Part shown: positions 40,622 to 52,600 of the stretch, one piece after another
Layout: every line of letters begins with the position of its first letter
Position numbering within the stretch: position 1 is the stretch's first letter
Assembly (NCBI GenBank): GCA_964247055.1
Contig: OZ176051.1
Location: 15,133,085-15,197,084, forward strand
Direction of reading: 5' to 3'
Source of the DNA: Paragordius varius
Lineage: Eukaryota; Animalia; Nematomorpha
DNA length: 64,000 nucleotides
Position numbers and translations under genes: made by a program
The notes under the pieces: generated by a model
Seen by the model: only the letters and a program-made list of their open reading frames with translations
Database searches by the model: none
What the model was told of the DNA's origin: nothing

Positions 40622-41531
40622 GTATTAAAACTTGGTAAAGAATATAACAAGAGCTATATGATATTACCATATCATATTCTTTAAAAAAGTAAAAGAAGTG
40701 TGGGGGAAGGGCGTCGGAAATCTTTGGTAAAAAAAGAAAATACACTAATTACCAACCCTTCACTTAAAATTATTGTATAAAAGGGTTAGGAAAATCGTAA
40801 TTTTTATCTCAATTATAATTTTTTTTTGTTTTGATATGGGAACGATTTTAAAAGGAATATTCACGATAGCAGCTATATTAAATAATCTATTTGATTCAAT
40901 TTCGTTAATATTTTTTTACCTATATATAAAAATCTATATTTAAGTGGTTTATTTGTTTTGTTTAACACTTGGATACAACACATTCATTTTTAAGCTAAAA
41001 CCAAAAGGTAAAAATTTAGTCAACGTGACATGTGTTCAATGGTATAATTGAAAAATAATACAAAATAAATCGCTTTTTCTATTTCTATCAATGTTAGATG
41101 TGATTTAAATAAAAAATTAGCTTTACTTTTACCCTTGGCGTCGAAGTTGTTTGACATGGAACTTTTTTTCAAAACAAAATTTTATCTAGATATTTTGGCA
41201 GAATATAATTTTTATTAGGAAAGAAGCATAAATTTAAATTGGGACCGTTTCTTTCACTAGTTTTTTAACTTAACTCAAATTTCATCTTGGGTAAATTTTG
41301 ATACCACAATCTGAATCTAGGTGTTAAAATTTTATCAAAAAAAATTAAATAAAATTTTGCTAAAAAATTAACAAAAATATTACCATTCCCCTTTAACAAT
41401 ATTTTAAGATTTTCATTTCTTACCAAAGATTTCCGACGCCCTTCCCCCACTCTTCTTTTTCTTTTTTTAAGAATATGATATGGTAATACCATATAGCTCT
41501 TGTTTTTATATTCCTTACCAAATATCAATAC
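40622..41531. mobile_element. ~910-bp element with ~110-bp imperfect terminal inverted repeats
   Basis: ACAAGAGCTATATG.TATTACCATATCATATTCTT...GGGGAAGGGCGTCGGAAATCTTTGGTA at 40648-40730 is inverted at 41420-41505; the interior matches the 25950-26380 repeat. Confidence 0.75.
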
Positions 41532-43135
41532 ACATTTAACGATAAAAAGTAAATTTTTGATAAAATAAAGTCTACATGACTGTAGTTTAAGAGTTAATTA
41601 TTTTACAAAAATTAATAAAAGTGCATGATAATCAGCATGAGCTAATTAGTTTATGGCAATTTATAATAAGGAGCATATTTAAAAACCCCGTTCTGTATAT
41701 ATGATTAAAATGGTTAAATTTAAATATTTTTTAAATGATTTTACGATATATATAACTTTACCTATTGAGAGAATTAATTGAAAAGAACCAGAATTTTTCA
41801 CTCTTTTAAAACCAGCCATCTTTTTAATGACTTTATAAAATACTATACATTTATTTATGTGTGTTTTGTTTTATGATATTACGTCCTAACCTTTTAATAA
41901 TCATTTTTAAAAAATGTTTTTCATCTAAATCTTGTAGTCAAGTATTATATGAAAAATTTAGATAGTTCAAAACAATACATTCAATATAAGTGAAATAATT
42001 AAAGAGTAAGGGTTGTAATGTTATAGTTATTTAAAATTATATTTTCTAATATTTACAAAATTAATCGTTTATGCCTAGGCATTGGACTTTAATTGTTATT
42101 ATGAATCCTATCGAAAAAAATTTACCATTAAATTACAAAATAATTATTTGCTATATAGTAGCATATCCGCTTTGATCAAATTTTTTAACCATAAAGTAAA
42201 ACTATTTATTCTCTAAACAGGTGATCCTGGCATGTTTACTTATAAAATTAATAACCCCGCTTTATTGCTTTCTTTGTTTTAATATTGTTATACTAATCAT
42301 ATAATATTGTAGACAACCTGTTTTGAACAAAGCTTATATAAATTATTGATAAACGTTTATTTTTTAAGATTAAAATATAATCAATCCCAATATAAAAAAA
42401 TTATTTACATATATATTAAAAACTCTAATGGGTATAATTAAAAAAGGCTTCTAAGAGTAGATAGGATGTGTTAATTACATATCATCACTCATACTCTAAG
42501 AGCAGAGGGTCCAATCCACGGCTTGCGCGCTGTACGCGACCCTTTGAAATGTGCCCAATAAACACTAATAATAAATATGCTCATAAAATCTTAGTATTTT
42601 TGTAATAAATCTTCCTAATTGGAATTAACTAGCAAAAATTGGTAAAATAAAGTTATATTTGTATTTCCGATTTTTACACTCTTATTAGATTTTGATATTT
42701 AAATCGTTTTACCAACTCATTTTTAAACATATCTTCGTGAGTCAACATTAAGCCTAAATTTTCAATTAAATAGTCATATTTAACTATTTGAAATTAAAGC
42801 TGATATTCATAGGTACTATACCGTTACATTAACGGTATTAAGATACAAAAAAAATTAAAATTATAATAATATGGACAAACATTTTTTAAATAAACAACTA
42901 TATTTTTTCCCTGATATTTTATCCCAAAACTATATAATTGTAATTATATAACACATTACATTAAAAATTTATATCTAATAAAATTTTTATAAAAAAAGCC
43001 AACGATTTTTTGATATTAATATTAATAAATTACCTTTTTTAATTTACAGATATATAAATGATGATTGCCTGATTGTAAGTATACTAAAAAATAAAGAGAA
43101 TTATTATTGATTAAAAGGAAAAAAAGCGTAAAAAT

Positions 43136-44264
43136 CAGTGGCGGAACTATAAATTATGGGCCCACATAAGATTTAAATTATCCCTCCTTCTTACCGCCAA
43201 AAAAATCGTTTGCAATCATTTCACCTGGCGCATCACTTAGATTCGTAGTGAAATATAAAATGATAATATTTACATGACTAGGCATCCTGACTCTAGTTTT
43301 GCGCGTCTGGTATTTATATATATAATGGTTAGTACCCACCCGCCCAACCTAACCACCGTCAATTCCTTAATCTTAACGTTTATTTTTAAAAGTTTAAATA
43401 ATTTAATAATTTTTTAAAAGCATGTTTTATCAGAAAATCATGTTTAAAAATTTCGTTTTCTTGATTTTGTGTGAGTAAATTTTTTTTAGCCATCGTGCTT
43501 ACAATATATTTTTTATTAGTTTTAAGAAAGAACGTTTCTATCGGATATGTCTTCATTTCTGCTTCCATTAGAATTAACTAAAATGAGTGAAGTGGAATTT
43601 ATCTATTCAGCTAAAAATTTAATAATAAATTATCCAGACGATTTAAGTGAATATTTTCCGATTCAAACAGTGTCAGTTTCTAATTCTCTTTGGATGAGAT
43701 TACTCAAATTAACAATGCCAGAGCTATTAATTATTAAGTACCCAACAGTTTCAGCCAGTTGGATGAAATTATAACAGCATTATTATTGTTGTTGACTTAA
43801 ACAGTTACGGTTGCTACAGTGTTACATTCCTTAAAGTTAAAAATAATTAAAAATTATATTGAAGGCACGATGGCTTAAAAAATGATGAGCAATTTATCAT
43901 TCCTAACAAATGAAGCGGAGGTGGCCGATCAAATGGATAAAAAAGATACTATAATTAGAAAATTTGCTCACACAAAATCGAGAAAATTTTTAAATACATG
44001 CTCTTAATAAATTATTTAATTATTTTGAACTTTAAAAATGAACGTTAAGATTAGGAATTAGCTATGGTTAGTATGGGTACTGGTATCATATATAAAAATA
44101 CGAGGAAAACAAAAATATTAGACTCAGGATGCCAAGTCATGTAAATATAATATTTCCGAATCTAAGTGATGCGCCAGATGAAAAGATAACTGCAAAACAT
44201 TTGGGGGGGGGGGGAGGCTAGTATATAATTGCGGCGGGAGGACAAATTGATAGTTCCGCCACTG
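43136..44264 (+). mobile_element. hAT internal-deletion derivative with a transposase C-terminal remnant
   Basis: Perfect 15-bp TIR CAGTGGCGGAACTAT / ATAGTTCCGCCACTG. 43762-43990 reads DEIITALLLLLT*TVTVATVLHSLKLKIIKNYIEGTMA*KMMSNLSFLTNE...IIRKFAHTKSRK (hAT dimerisation domain). Flanking 8-mers do not match, so no TSD. Confidence 0.85.
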
Positions 44265-44545
44265 AATTCATCGGTTACGTTTAAACGGGACAGGATGGAA
44301 ATTGATACACCTATGTATTATAAATTGTTATTATGCACTATGTGTGGGAAAAACGCTTTTAGAAAGCAGGGTGGTTGTCTTTTATAGAAAAACATGTCCC
44401 CTTTTAATGAAATTATTTTTCAGGAAAACGCCATCTTAATAACAAATATGAAGTAAAATTTGGAAATTCTCTATTACCATCGCAATTAGTAGTGATAGTA
44501 CTTGAAATGATAATTTTTAGTAGGAGAGTGATTTCCACGTGTCAT

Positions 44546-44593
44546 AGTTTGAGACGCGTTTTCTCCTTGTTGTACACTCATCAGTCACACATA
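44546..44593 (-). ncRNA. Decayed hammerhead motif, same family as 31647-31694
   Basis: TGTGTGA-CTGATGA-GTGT-ACAACAA-GGAG-AAAACGCGTC-TCAAAC; the flank 44420-44545 also aligns with 31555-31645. Confidence 0.6.
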
Positions 44594-44789
44594 ATGTTCG
44601 TCTCATAAAGCCACCAATTTCTTGATAGAAGGTACTATCACTATTCATTGCATGGTATAAGAGAATCTCCAAATTATGCATCATATTTAATATAAAGACG
44701 GTGTTCCCATCTTGGCTAATGCCCAAAAGGAGATATGATAATTTTATCGATCGGCCCCTCTGGGATTTGTTCTCTATTTTCACTTAACC

Positions 44790-44900
44790 AACTATATCGG
44801 GAATACTCAATATATTTATACATAATTCTAATTGACAATGTTTACCTGTGTTTATAATATGTGACGGATTCCACAACAGGAACGCGTCTTATACTATCAT
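44790..44900 (+). mobile_element. Plus-strand decayed copy of the hammerhead-bearing repeat
   Basis: TGACAATGTTTACCTGTGTT...TGTGACGGATTCCACAACAGGAACGCGTC matches the reverse complement of 31655-31722, with core deletions. Confidence 0.55.
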
Positions 44901-47274
44901 GAATGGTAAGTACTGTTTATATTTTTAGCAAGTACTACAACTTCTTATTGTGATGCTAGGCTAGAAAATAATCTCTAAACTATGTGCATTTAATTCCTCT
45001 TTTAGTTTCTACGTTTTTGTATGATTCAATTTTTATTGTATAATTGAGTGTGACAACGATTTGCGTCTTATTATTTTAAAATCTCTAACAATGATATAAA
45101 ATTTTTTAATAAAAGTGGCTGCATTTAAAAAAAATAATCAATTAGTTCTAAATATTGTTCTATTTATTCTCTACTTAAGAGATTATGTTATTATTTTCTG
45201 GCATGTGTGTATTTTTTGGGTTTTTCTTCAAAGGAAGGCTCATTTCCAACTTATAAAGTTGGCCTAGTAATTATAGATAATGTAGACTCTTGGGGGACGG
45301 TCACCCAAACAAGGATTCATTAAGATAATCTGATAATGTTAAGCCATATACAGTTAATAATTTTGGCATTGAACCGGTAATTTATTATTTAATAATTTTT
45401 TAATATATTATGTATAATTTGGTTTGCGAACGTAAATAGAATTTTTATATGAACTTTGTACTAAGCATCCTATTAATAGAATTTTTAAATATCATATAAC
45501 TATCTGCATAATTACATATAAATTATTTTTTAATCATGTATATGTTATCAAAATTATTATTCATAAATATTCTGTGGCAAATTATTGGAGGTTAAAATTG
45601 ATTTTTATAACATTAAAAATAAAGTTATAGGGACAAAATTTATATAAAAGACAAATTAATTTCATGATATTAAAAAGAACAAAGATAAAATTATAGATAT
45701 ATAATATTTTTTCCTATACAGACAAATATATAATACATTGTTTTAACCAATTTATAGAATAGAAATGTATATTGGTAATATACAATTCATATACGATTGT
45801 TATTAAATGTCTATATTAGGAGGGTTTTAAAAAATATGGGCTATCTTTTGAAAAACATTTGGCTTTATATTTTTACGATATCAGTATAATTTACTATTTA
45901 CTGTATATTTCTATAACTTAAATTTTTATATGCTGCATTTTATTTAATGAAAAAGATTCCGCCCTAATAGTTTATTGTTTAGGAAAAATTATATCAACTT
46001 ATCAATATTGATTAAACAATATGTATATATTATATTGCAATTAGCTAAAATTATATGAATTTATTATATGAATTTTCGATTACTACAAGTAATCCTTGTC
46101 AAACAATAAAATTAAAATATAAACTAATATTAAATATTTAATATAGTTAATAATAACAATCAAATAAAAATACTCGTGAGATTTATAATAGACAATAAGT
46201 TTTGGACAATTATTTTTAAAAAATGACATCTAAATCTAAATGCAATTCTTAATAATCCTGGAATTTACATAATGAATTATTTTGCTTAATGTGATTTGAG
46301 CTACATTCGTAGCCAATTTCATCCGTTGTACTAAAAATGGCGTATGAGAGGTTCGTTATCGTAATGGAACCGATATAAAAAGGTTTATTATCATTGCTAA
46401 CTAAGGAGAAATAGAATTGAATTAAATAAATTTTGCAGAATCTGCAATTAATACACAGAATGAGACAACAGCTTTACGAACTATGTTTCTTTAAAATATG
46501 AGAAATAAAGGAATTACCATAAACTACAAATCATTTTCAGTGAACCTTGATTAATTAATCATTATAAATGTTTACGAATTGAAGATTTGAGTAGCACTGA
46601 TCATTCCTCACATTCGATTTGCAAACCGTGTTTTAAAACGGCTTTATAACGGATATTTATGAAGCAAAATCTTTGAGTGATTTTACAACCATGAATCAAA
46701 CATTTGAATTCAGAAACTTTAGAAGTCAATCGATATATAAAAATTTTGTGTTTGTTACCTAAATTAAATACCCTAATCTTCATTGAAAGGTAGCTATGTA
46801 ATCAGAATAATAAGAAAATATATATTGAATACCATGCAAAATAATACATCGATTAGGATACATAATATTTTACAATTAGGCGGAGTCAAGCCTAATAACT
46901 GGCCATGTTTATTTAATAATTTATAACATTATATATAAAAACTTTAATTATAAAATACTATATAGGCCTATCCATTTCAGCAGAAGAAAATCAGACAAAA
47001 GGTTGACAAAATACAAAGATTTATTTTAATTTAGTTATTTGGAATCTTCTTTCCAAAAGATTGAATTTATTGGAAACGCCCGATGATTACAATGTCCTGA
47101 TAGGTAAACATTAATAAACAGTTAAATTAAAGTTCAAAAAATTAAACAGACAAAACGAAAAAATATGAAGTTAAAAACAACCACACTTTTTTATATCTTA
47201 AATTATTCTATAAAAATCTTTACAATCGTAAAATACATAATTGAATGTATTATTACAATTCTATATTATACTTT

Positions 47275-47435
47275 GTAGTTGGTATAGTAGGTACGGCGCA
47301 GGACTCTCACACTGTTTGAGTTCGAACCACGAAACTGCGCAATTTCCATAATCACTTTACTGTCAGGCCTGGATAGGCAGGCGTGTAAAGCTTCACATGT
47401 CCTGATACAATTTAGATCGTTATCCTTTAATCCAA
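47275..47435 (+). mobile_element. tRNA-derived SINE-like element, copy 2
   Basis: A-box TGGTATAGTAGG (47280) and B-box GAGTTCGAACC (47318-47328), followed by a non-tRNA body shared with 2320-2470. Confidence 0.6.
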
Positions 47436-49604
47436 AACTCTAAACCGTACATTTTGATATTTAAAAAAAATCAAGATTTACAAAGTATGGTTGTCTTTAG
47501 AAAAATTATTCTCTTTTTTTTCCATTTTGACCGTATAATTTCAGATTTAGTGTAATTATATAAAGGAAATATATTATCTTTTATGAAAACAAACAGAAAA
47601 TCCGGTATGTGTTTTTAACTTATGTTGACCATTTACCCATATGTGTTAAATTAAGATGCAAAATTTAGTCCCATTCATGCGCAAAAATACAGGAAAAAAA
47701 AATAAAATTTGAGGCCAAAAAAATATTTTCCAATAACATAAATGATTATTGTGAAATATATAATATAGTGTGCTATAATATCTTTATTCCCTATTTTTGA
47801 ACGTCAAACTTTTATTAAAAACAGTATAAAAAGTATGGCTGTCTTTTTCAAAATTGTTTATCTTTAGTTTTCACTTTTGGTTTTATAATTTTGTGCGGTG
47901 CCAAATTTAGGAGCGACCAATTGAAATACAGTATATAATACTTAAATTATAATATCTTCTAAAAAAAGTAGCATATATTATTAACCGCTAAAAAGAGAAT
48001 TTTTGAGTATATACATAAACAATAAATTTTGCTAATTTACTGAATCGAGTTTTTATAAATAAAAAGATGATAGTATTAATGTTAGAAATAAGATATTATT
48101 TTCGCTTTATGAATTTATCCAGAATTTTATTAGGCATATACATTTTAAGTAAAGCTATTTTACTAAAAATTTATAAATATGATTTGTCAAATTTGGATAT
48201 GATAAAGAGTTTAGCTAAAATTTTAATTTATTAGGAGCGTTTAATATTACTCATATTTTTTTATTAAGCAGTGGCCCAATATAGAATAATTTTTACGCCG
48301 TTCGATGCAATTTATGCATTTTTAGCAATTATAATGATATATTTCTAAGAATATAGGTAAATATCTGTCTAACTTAGAAAGGCAATGTTTTGACTGAAAT
48401 TAGCCATTTTCAAGCAATAAATATATTGTAAGATCGGTGACTACGGTTTTTATTTAAGTACAGTAAATAATAAAGTAAAATTAAGGAGCAAATATTTTTC
48501 TAGTAGGACGCTACAATTTATTAATACATAATCTTTTTAAAAAAATTTATAAATATAATTTTAAAATGGAATTGTTTCCTGTGTTGATATTAACAAATAT
48601 ATTCCTTATTTTGCGACACCCAACGATAGGAAATCACAAAAATTATAAAAAATATAAATTAAATAATATCATTAAATTGTAATTAATCTATATAACTCCT
48701 TATTTGGTCGACGGTAAATAGTTGAAACTGAAATTATACAGACAAAGTAAGTATTATGTAAGAAATATTATTAAGACAATAAATATTTTGATTTTATTAT
48801 GAAACTCATCATTTAAGCTGCAAAGATAATATACGTAATTATTCGTAATAAATAGTTTATGTTGGATGGTTAAATAATCTTTTATCTTATTGTGTAATTT
48901 TCAATAATTATTGTAATTAATGAGGAAATGTTTATTAAAAATACTTTAATTCTTTCGTCATTTATCTCGGGAGTTTCCAATTACATAAATTTCTTTGTCC
49001 TATTGATAATTCATACCTCAAGTGAGGACGTGTAGGCACCCTGTTGAATAAATTAAGCCTTATTATTATATAAACTATTACATTTGATCCCAAGAATCAT
49101 TTTCTTAGAATATTATTCTATATATTACTAATATTTAACAGAATAACAAAACATCGCCTGGTAATATTATTAAATATATAATCATTTTTATATATATATA
49201 ATCTATAAAGCTCAATTTACGTTTATAATTTATCAAATATGTCCAAATAATTATTAAATTTAGTGCATTTTCATATATTTCAGCTCCTACTTAAGAAAAT
49301 AAATGTCAAGTAATGGAAAAAGATATCATTTCTAAGGCTATTATATCCATATAATTCTGTGTGTAGCTTCAACTTTCAACATTTCTTATTAGAAATCTTT
49401 AAAGAAACACATATTCAATATTTTTTGCAAAAGATTTATTTTGTTTACACTAAAGGGAAAGGTTTTTATATAATTTAAAAATTATTTTAATTACCATTTT
49501 ACTAAATTAAACATATATTTTCCGAATTATGGTGTATTTTGCCTATCTGGTTAAACAGAAAAATGTATTTTATATAATTTTTTCCATAAATACCAAATAT
49601 AAGA

Positions 49605-52600
49605 ATGTTGCTAGAAATCAATTTTATAAACTTCGTTCTTGTTTTAGTAACGGTTTCCATGCAGTATTTTCTCTCAAAAATATCATACAACTCATTTTAC
49701 ATCCCAACTTTTGTTGATAAAAAAAAGAACATTCCAATACCGGATCAGCATCATACCATTTCGTCACAAATCGCAAAACGAACACAAAGAAATAAACTAA
49801 ATCTTGATCATAGCAAAAAAGTAATTTATCCAAAAAAACAAAATAGTCCAAAAAAGAGTGGGAGCTTAGTTGGTCAAACTGCTGCATTAATTGGGGGTAA
49901 AAATTAGTTATCAGCTAAAACAATAGTTGGATTAGTTGAAATTTGTTAAAATGGTACAATGTATATACATATAATATAGCTGCGGCGACAGGTAAATTTT
50001 TAATATTTTTATTTTTATAACATTTATTGATAAAAATATTTACAACAGGTGTGATTGGTGGTATGTTATTTTATTTATTAAATTATATTCAATTAATAAA
50101 TTCCTTTTGTTCCAGACAGATATTGTATCTTATAGTTTTTTGTCTATACTTTTTCTAACAGAAAAAAAAGTGGTTAAGTCAGCGCAATGCATTAAATATC
50201 TTTGAAAAGGTTATAAACAGTTGACTATTTGGCTATATTTTATGACCCCTAAACTTTTACTATTAATTTTTTGTCGTAAGTTTATAATATTAAAAGCGTG
50301 TCAGGGATTTCAAACTTTAACAGGTTAATATTATCGAAAGGGGTATTATATTTTAAAGAATGGATGGATTAACACATGGTTTATTTCTACTCTTCTGTTC
50401 GAGTGCCATACTTTCCCCGTCTCTTTCTCATATATTTCGAATCAAAGCTTATCATTTATTTTGAGGACTGAGTTGGTATATGTAGTACTTATAAATTAGT
50501 TTTTAATGTTGATTAATTAGTATGCGATCTTGTAAAAAATTTAACTTTCTGTAAGTTTGCCAATATTAATGTCATTTTTCATTTTAGCCGTCGTGGGAGC
50601 CGGAGCTTCGGAAACACCAGAAGTGATAGCTGTCGCCCAAGGCGTCAATGATATGGAGTTGGGTGAAGATTTAGCACAAAATCGCGCAAACAACGAAAAC
50701 CCAACTGTTGAAGAAAATAGTATTGAAGAACGACAAGAAAATCCAGAAAGAAACTCAAGATCTGAGCATGAAACTAATCATCCTTCTCAGTCGACTTCTT
50801 CCAATAGTTACATATTGACTATTTTAAATATTGAAATATACGGACAAACCGTAAAATAAAGACAACTATTTTTTTGAAAAAAAAACCATTTTTGCAAAAT
50901 ATATAATTGAATGTGATATATAACGCTAAAAAATTTAAAATTTTAAGCAAGATAAGTATTTTAAATTTTATTTAAAGAAAAGGGATATCTTTTGTAAAAA
51001 ATTGTTGTCTTTATATATCTGCGTTTTGTCCGTATACATTCATTTACTGTATAAATAGCAATTTAGTTTATATTTTCCAGATTATGAGATTATTAGTTGT
51101 TGCATATCTATCGATAATATTGTTTTTTAATTAGATCCACCAGCGGAGAATGCATTGGATACAGACGATATTGGTAATTTTGAAAATAAAAATAAATGCG
51201 GTACAAATGAAAATACAACAAAACTTGAAATTATATTATGGACAAAACGTCAAAATATAAAAAAAAATTTTTTATCTAAAAGACAACCATATTTTTAAAT
51301 TAAATTTAAGCAGCTATTTAGTTACAATTGTAAAATATAAATTGATTGTGCTAGTTCTATATATCTCTATTTCACACTCCATTCAAATGAGTTTTATTGA
51401 AATAAATCATGATTAAAAAAGTATAATTGTCTTTTAGAAAAAGATACTTGCCTTTATACGTTTTGTCAGTATAATTTCAATTTTTACTGTAAAAACAATA
51501 GTTATATTGTATTATTTAGCTGATAGACCAGAACACACACCAGAAGAAATCGAAAATGGTTAAATTTATATCGAAATTAATATAAGACGCAATTATATTT
51601 AACAATTTTTAAAATAACATAGCTCGAGAAATCGTGGATCGATACGGTATAACTATCACCATATTATATTAATATTTATCATTTGAAGGAATATATCATT
51701 ATTTAAATGTGTATAATGATAGGAATGTATCATTTAAAAGCAGGTTTTAATTTTTATAAATAATTTTTAAATACTATTATTAGATACTACATAATTTCTT
51801 ATATATTTAGCTCTATACAATATAGAAACTGGTAAAGCAACTGAATACACAAATCAATTTATTTTATTCTAAACTTCATATATTTATTTAGGGGCAGAGA
51901 ATGTGGTGTATGAAGCGGAAAATATAGTTACGAGTAAGTTTTTATAAATTACTAATAATCTAGACACAGAAATCAAAATTATAGGATTAACGCAAACATC
52001 TAAAACTAATATTTTTTTAAGATAGCAATACTTTTTAACCATGTGAATTTTGGCTCCCAAAATATAGAATGTAGATGTATATTGGTGAGAGGCTCTATTC
52101 AAATATCATGGTTTAAAAGAGTGCGACTGTCTTTTTTTAAAAAATATTTATCTTTTAATTTTAACGTTTAATATGTTTAATGCAATTTTATAACTAAAGA
52201 CACCAGGTTTCTTGGAAGAGGTATGGAAAATATTTATACATAATAACGAATAATATTTGCTATTTAACAGATTTAACATGAATTTTAATTATTTTCATTA
52301 CATTAATATTTTTGAGCGCTTGCATAAATCCAACCGTTAAGCCATGTAATGCATAATTTCGTTTAAACTGAAATTCTTTAAGAGACATATATCCGACCAA
52401 TTTTTAGAATGTGTTTTATGTTGACAATTTGTTTCATAACAATATTTGACCGGAAAAACAGAAATTGGACATGCATAATATATTTTTATATGTTAAAAGT
52501 CAATGAAGGATGAAAATGGCATTTTAACGTCGCAGTTTACAAAATGGGCGCCTTCGGCTAAATTTAAAATCATTAAATACTCCAACTTAAAAACGCTTCC

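Noticed and set aside
42490-42560. GC-rich stretch with GGTCCAATCC as a tRNA gene
   Set aside because: No A-box and no cloverleaf could be folded by eye.
43050-43074. Isolated 25-nt exon-like segment TTTACAG|...|GTAAGT
   Set aside because: Strong splice signals, but no partner exons could be linked; not enough for a gene call.
49897-49914. 18-nt intron GTAAAAATTAGTTATCAG (and a similar 18-nt GTATGT...CCAG at 22956-22973)
   Set aside because: Too short for an animal spliceosome; the exon following 49914 has no GT donor, and the 49979 acceptor gives a more coherent protein.
52271-52281. Acceptor TTTAACAG|ATTTAACATGA as a terminal exon splitting the micro-exon locus in two
   Set aside because: Possible alternative end, but downstream exons continue the same phase and 21-nt pattern and no second start or signal peptide was found; left unresolved.
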